Positions 63,588-64,000 of a DNA stretch of 64,000 nucleotides are shown here, in pieces. How positions within the stretch are numbered: position 1 is the first letter of the stretch; each line of letters opens with the position of its first letter. Below the pieces are notes generated by a model. It ran no database searches. It was not told the DNA's origin and saw nothing but the letters and a program-made list of their open reading frames with translations. Source of the DNA: a virus; IMG/VR virus record IMGVR_UViG_3300032180_000006, positions 6,265-70,264 of that record; one strand, written 5' to 3'. The position numbers and the translations under genes were made by a program.

Positions 63588-64000
63588 TTTGCGCCTCCAT
63601 TATATTTTTGTTTCGGTCTTCCCTGACCCAATCGTACACGCTCGTACTTATCCCACTCGCATAGGCAGTTCTGCAAGTCTTGCGCGTGCACGGGTGATAA
63701 AATTCGCTGATTACGGTTGACGGTTAAGGTATTTTGAATCAAGCTGTTGATCTGCTTTTGTAACTCTTGTAGTTGCGCCAGCCACGTTGCTTCATTCCAA
63801 CCATCTTGCACATCATGGTGGCAAATACGATTAAGCCCGCGTCGACTGCCCGGTCCGCTGGCTGCCCACGTCCCCCAGTCAACTGCGCTTTTCAGTGGTT
63901 CAACGTACTTGAGGTCAGCTATCACCTGCGCAGCTAGGAAGCTGCCCAGTCCGTTAAAGTGCGTCAAGGTTGTGTGTACCTGCGCCAGCGTTGGCGGTGG
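63584..64000 (-). CDS. 5-hmdU DNA kinase / aGPT-Pplase1-like helical protein (5' part outside window)
   Basis: GLGSFLAAQVIADL, GPGSRRGL, DLQNCLCEWDKY. Confidence 0.8.
   Translation of the reverse strand, partial: PPPTLAQVHTTLTHFNGLGSFLAAQVIADLKYVEPLKSAVDWGTWAASGPGSRRGLNRICHHDVQDGWNEATWLAQLQELQKQINSLIQNTLTVNRNQRILSPVHAQDLQNCLCEWDKYERVRLGQGRPKQKYNGGAN

Noticed and set aside
1-64000. tRNA genes, integrase/att sites, genome-wide stop-codon recoding
   Set aside because: None recognised by eye; TAA, TAG and TGA all end well-supported genes. A tRNAscan run would be needed to be sure.

Overview
About 64 kb of a tailed dsDNA phage genome with a contractile-tail (myovirus-type) virion module. Minus strand, 1-26.7 kb and 61.7-64 kb: early and replication genes (SNF2-like helicase, VRR-NUC, PD-(D/E)xK exonuclease, family A DNA polymerase, ATP-dependent ligase, primase-helicase, many small ORFs) plus a thymidine-modification module (thymidylate-synthase-like dUMP hydroxymethylase, 5-hmdU DNA kinase-like protein, HD nucleotidase). 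Plus strand, 27.3-61.6 kb: terminase, portal, head, tail, baseplate, fibre and lysis-like genes, ending at a bidirectional terminator. The most striking feature is at 0.6-2.75 kb: six consecutive intergenic spacers of one early operon each carry a self-cleaving ribozyme on the coding strand. These are one type-II hammerhead and five circularly permuted (P5-type) twisters with covarying pseudoknots, so the polycistronic mRNA should cut itself into single-gene pieces. Further unexplained RNA structures flank this array. Other oddities: signal peptides on fibre-like virion proteins, a portal fused to a pyrophosphatase-like domain, zinc-finger insertions in TerL, Nudix and DnaJ, and a shared operator in sigma70-like promoters. 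All family calls come from motif recognition by eye; no searches were run.
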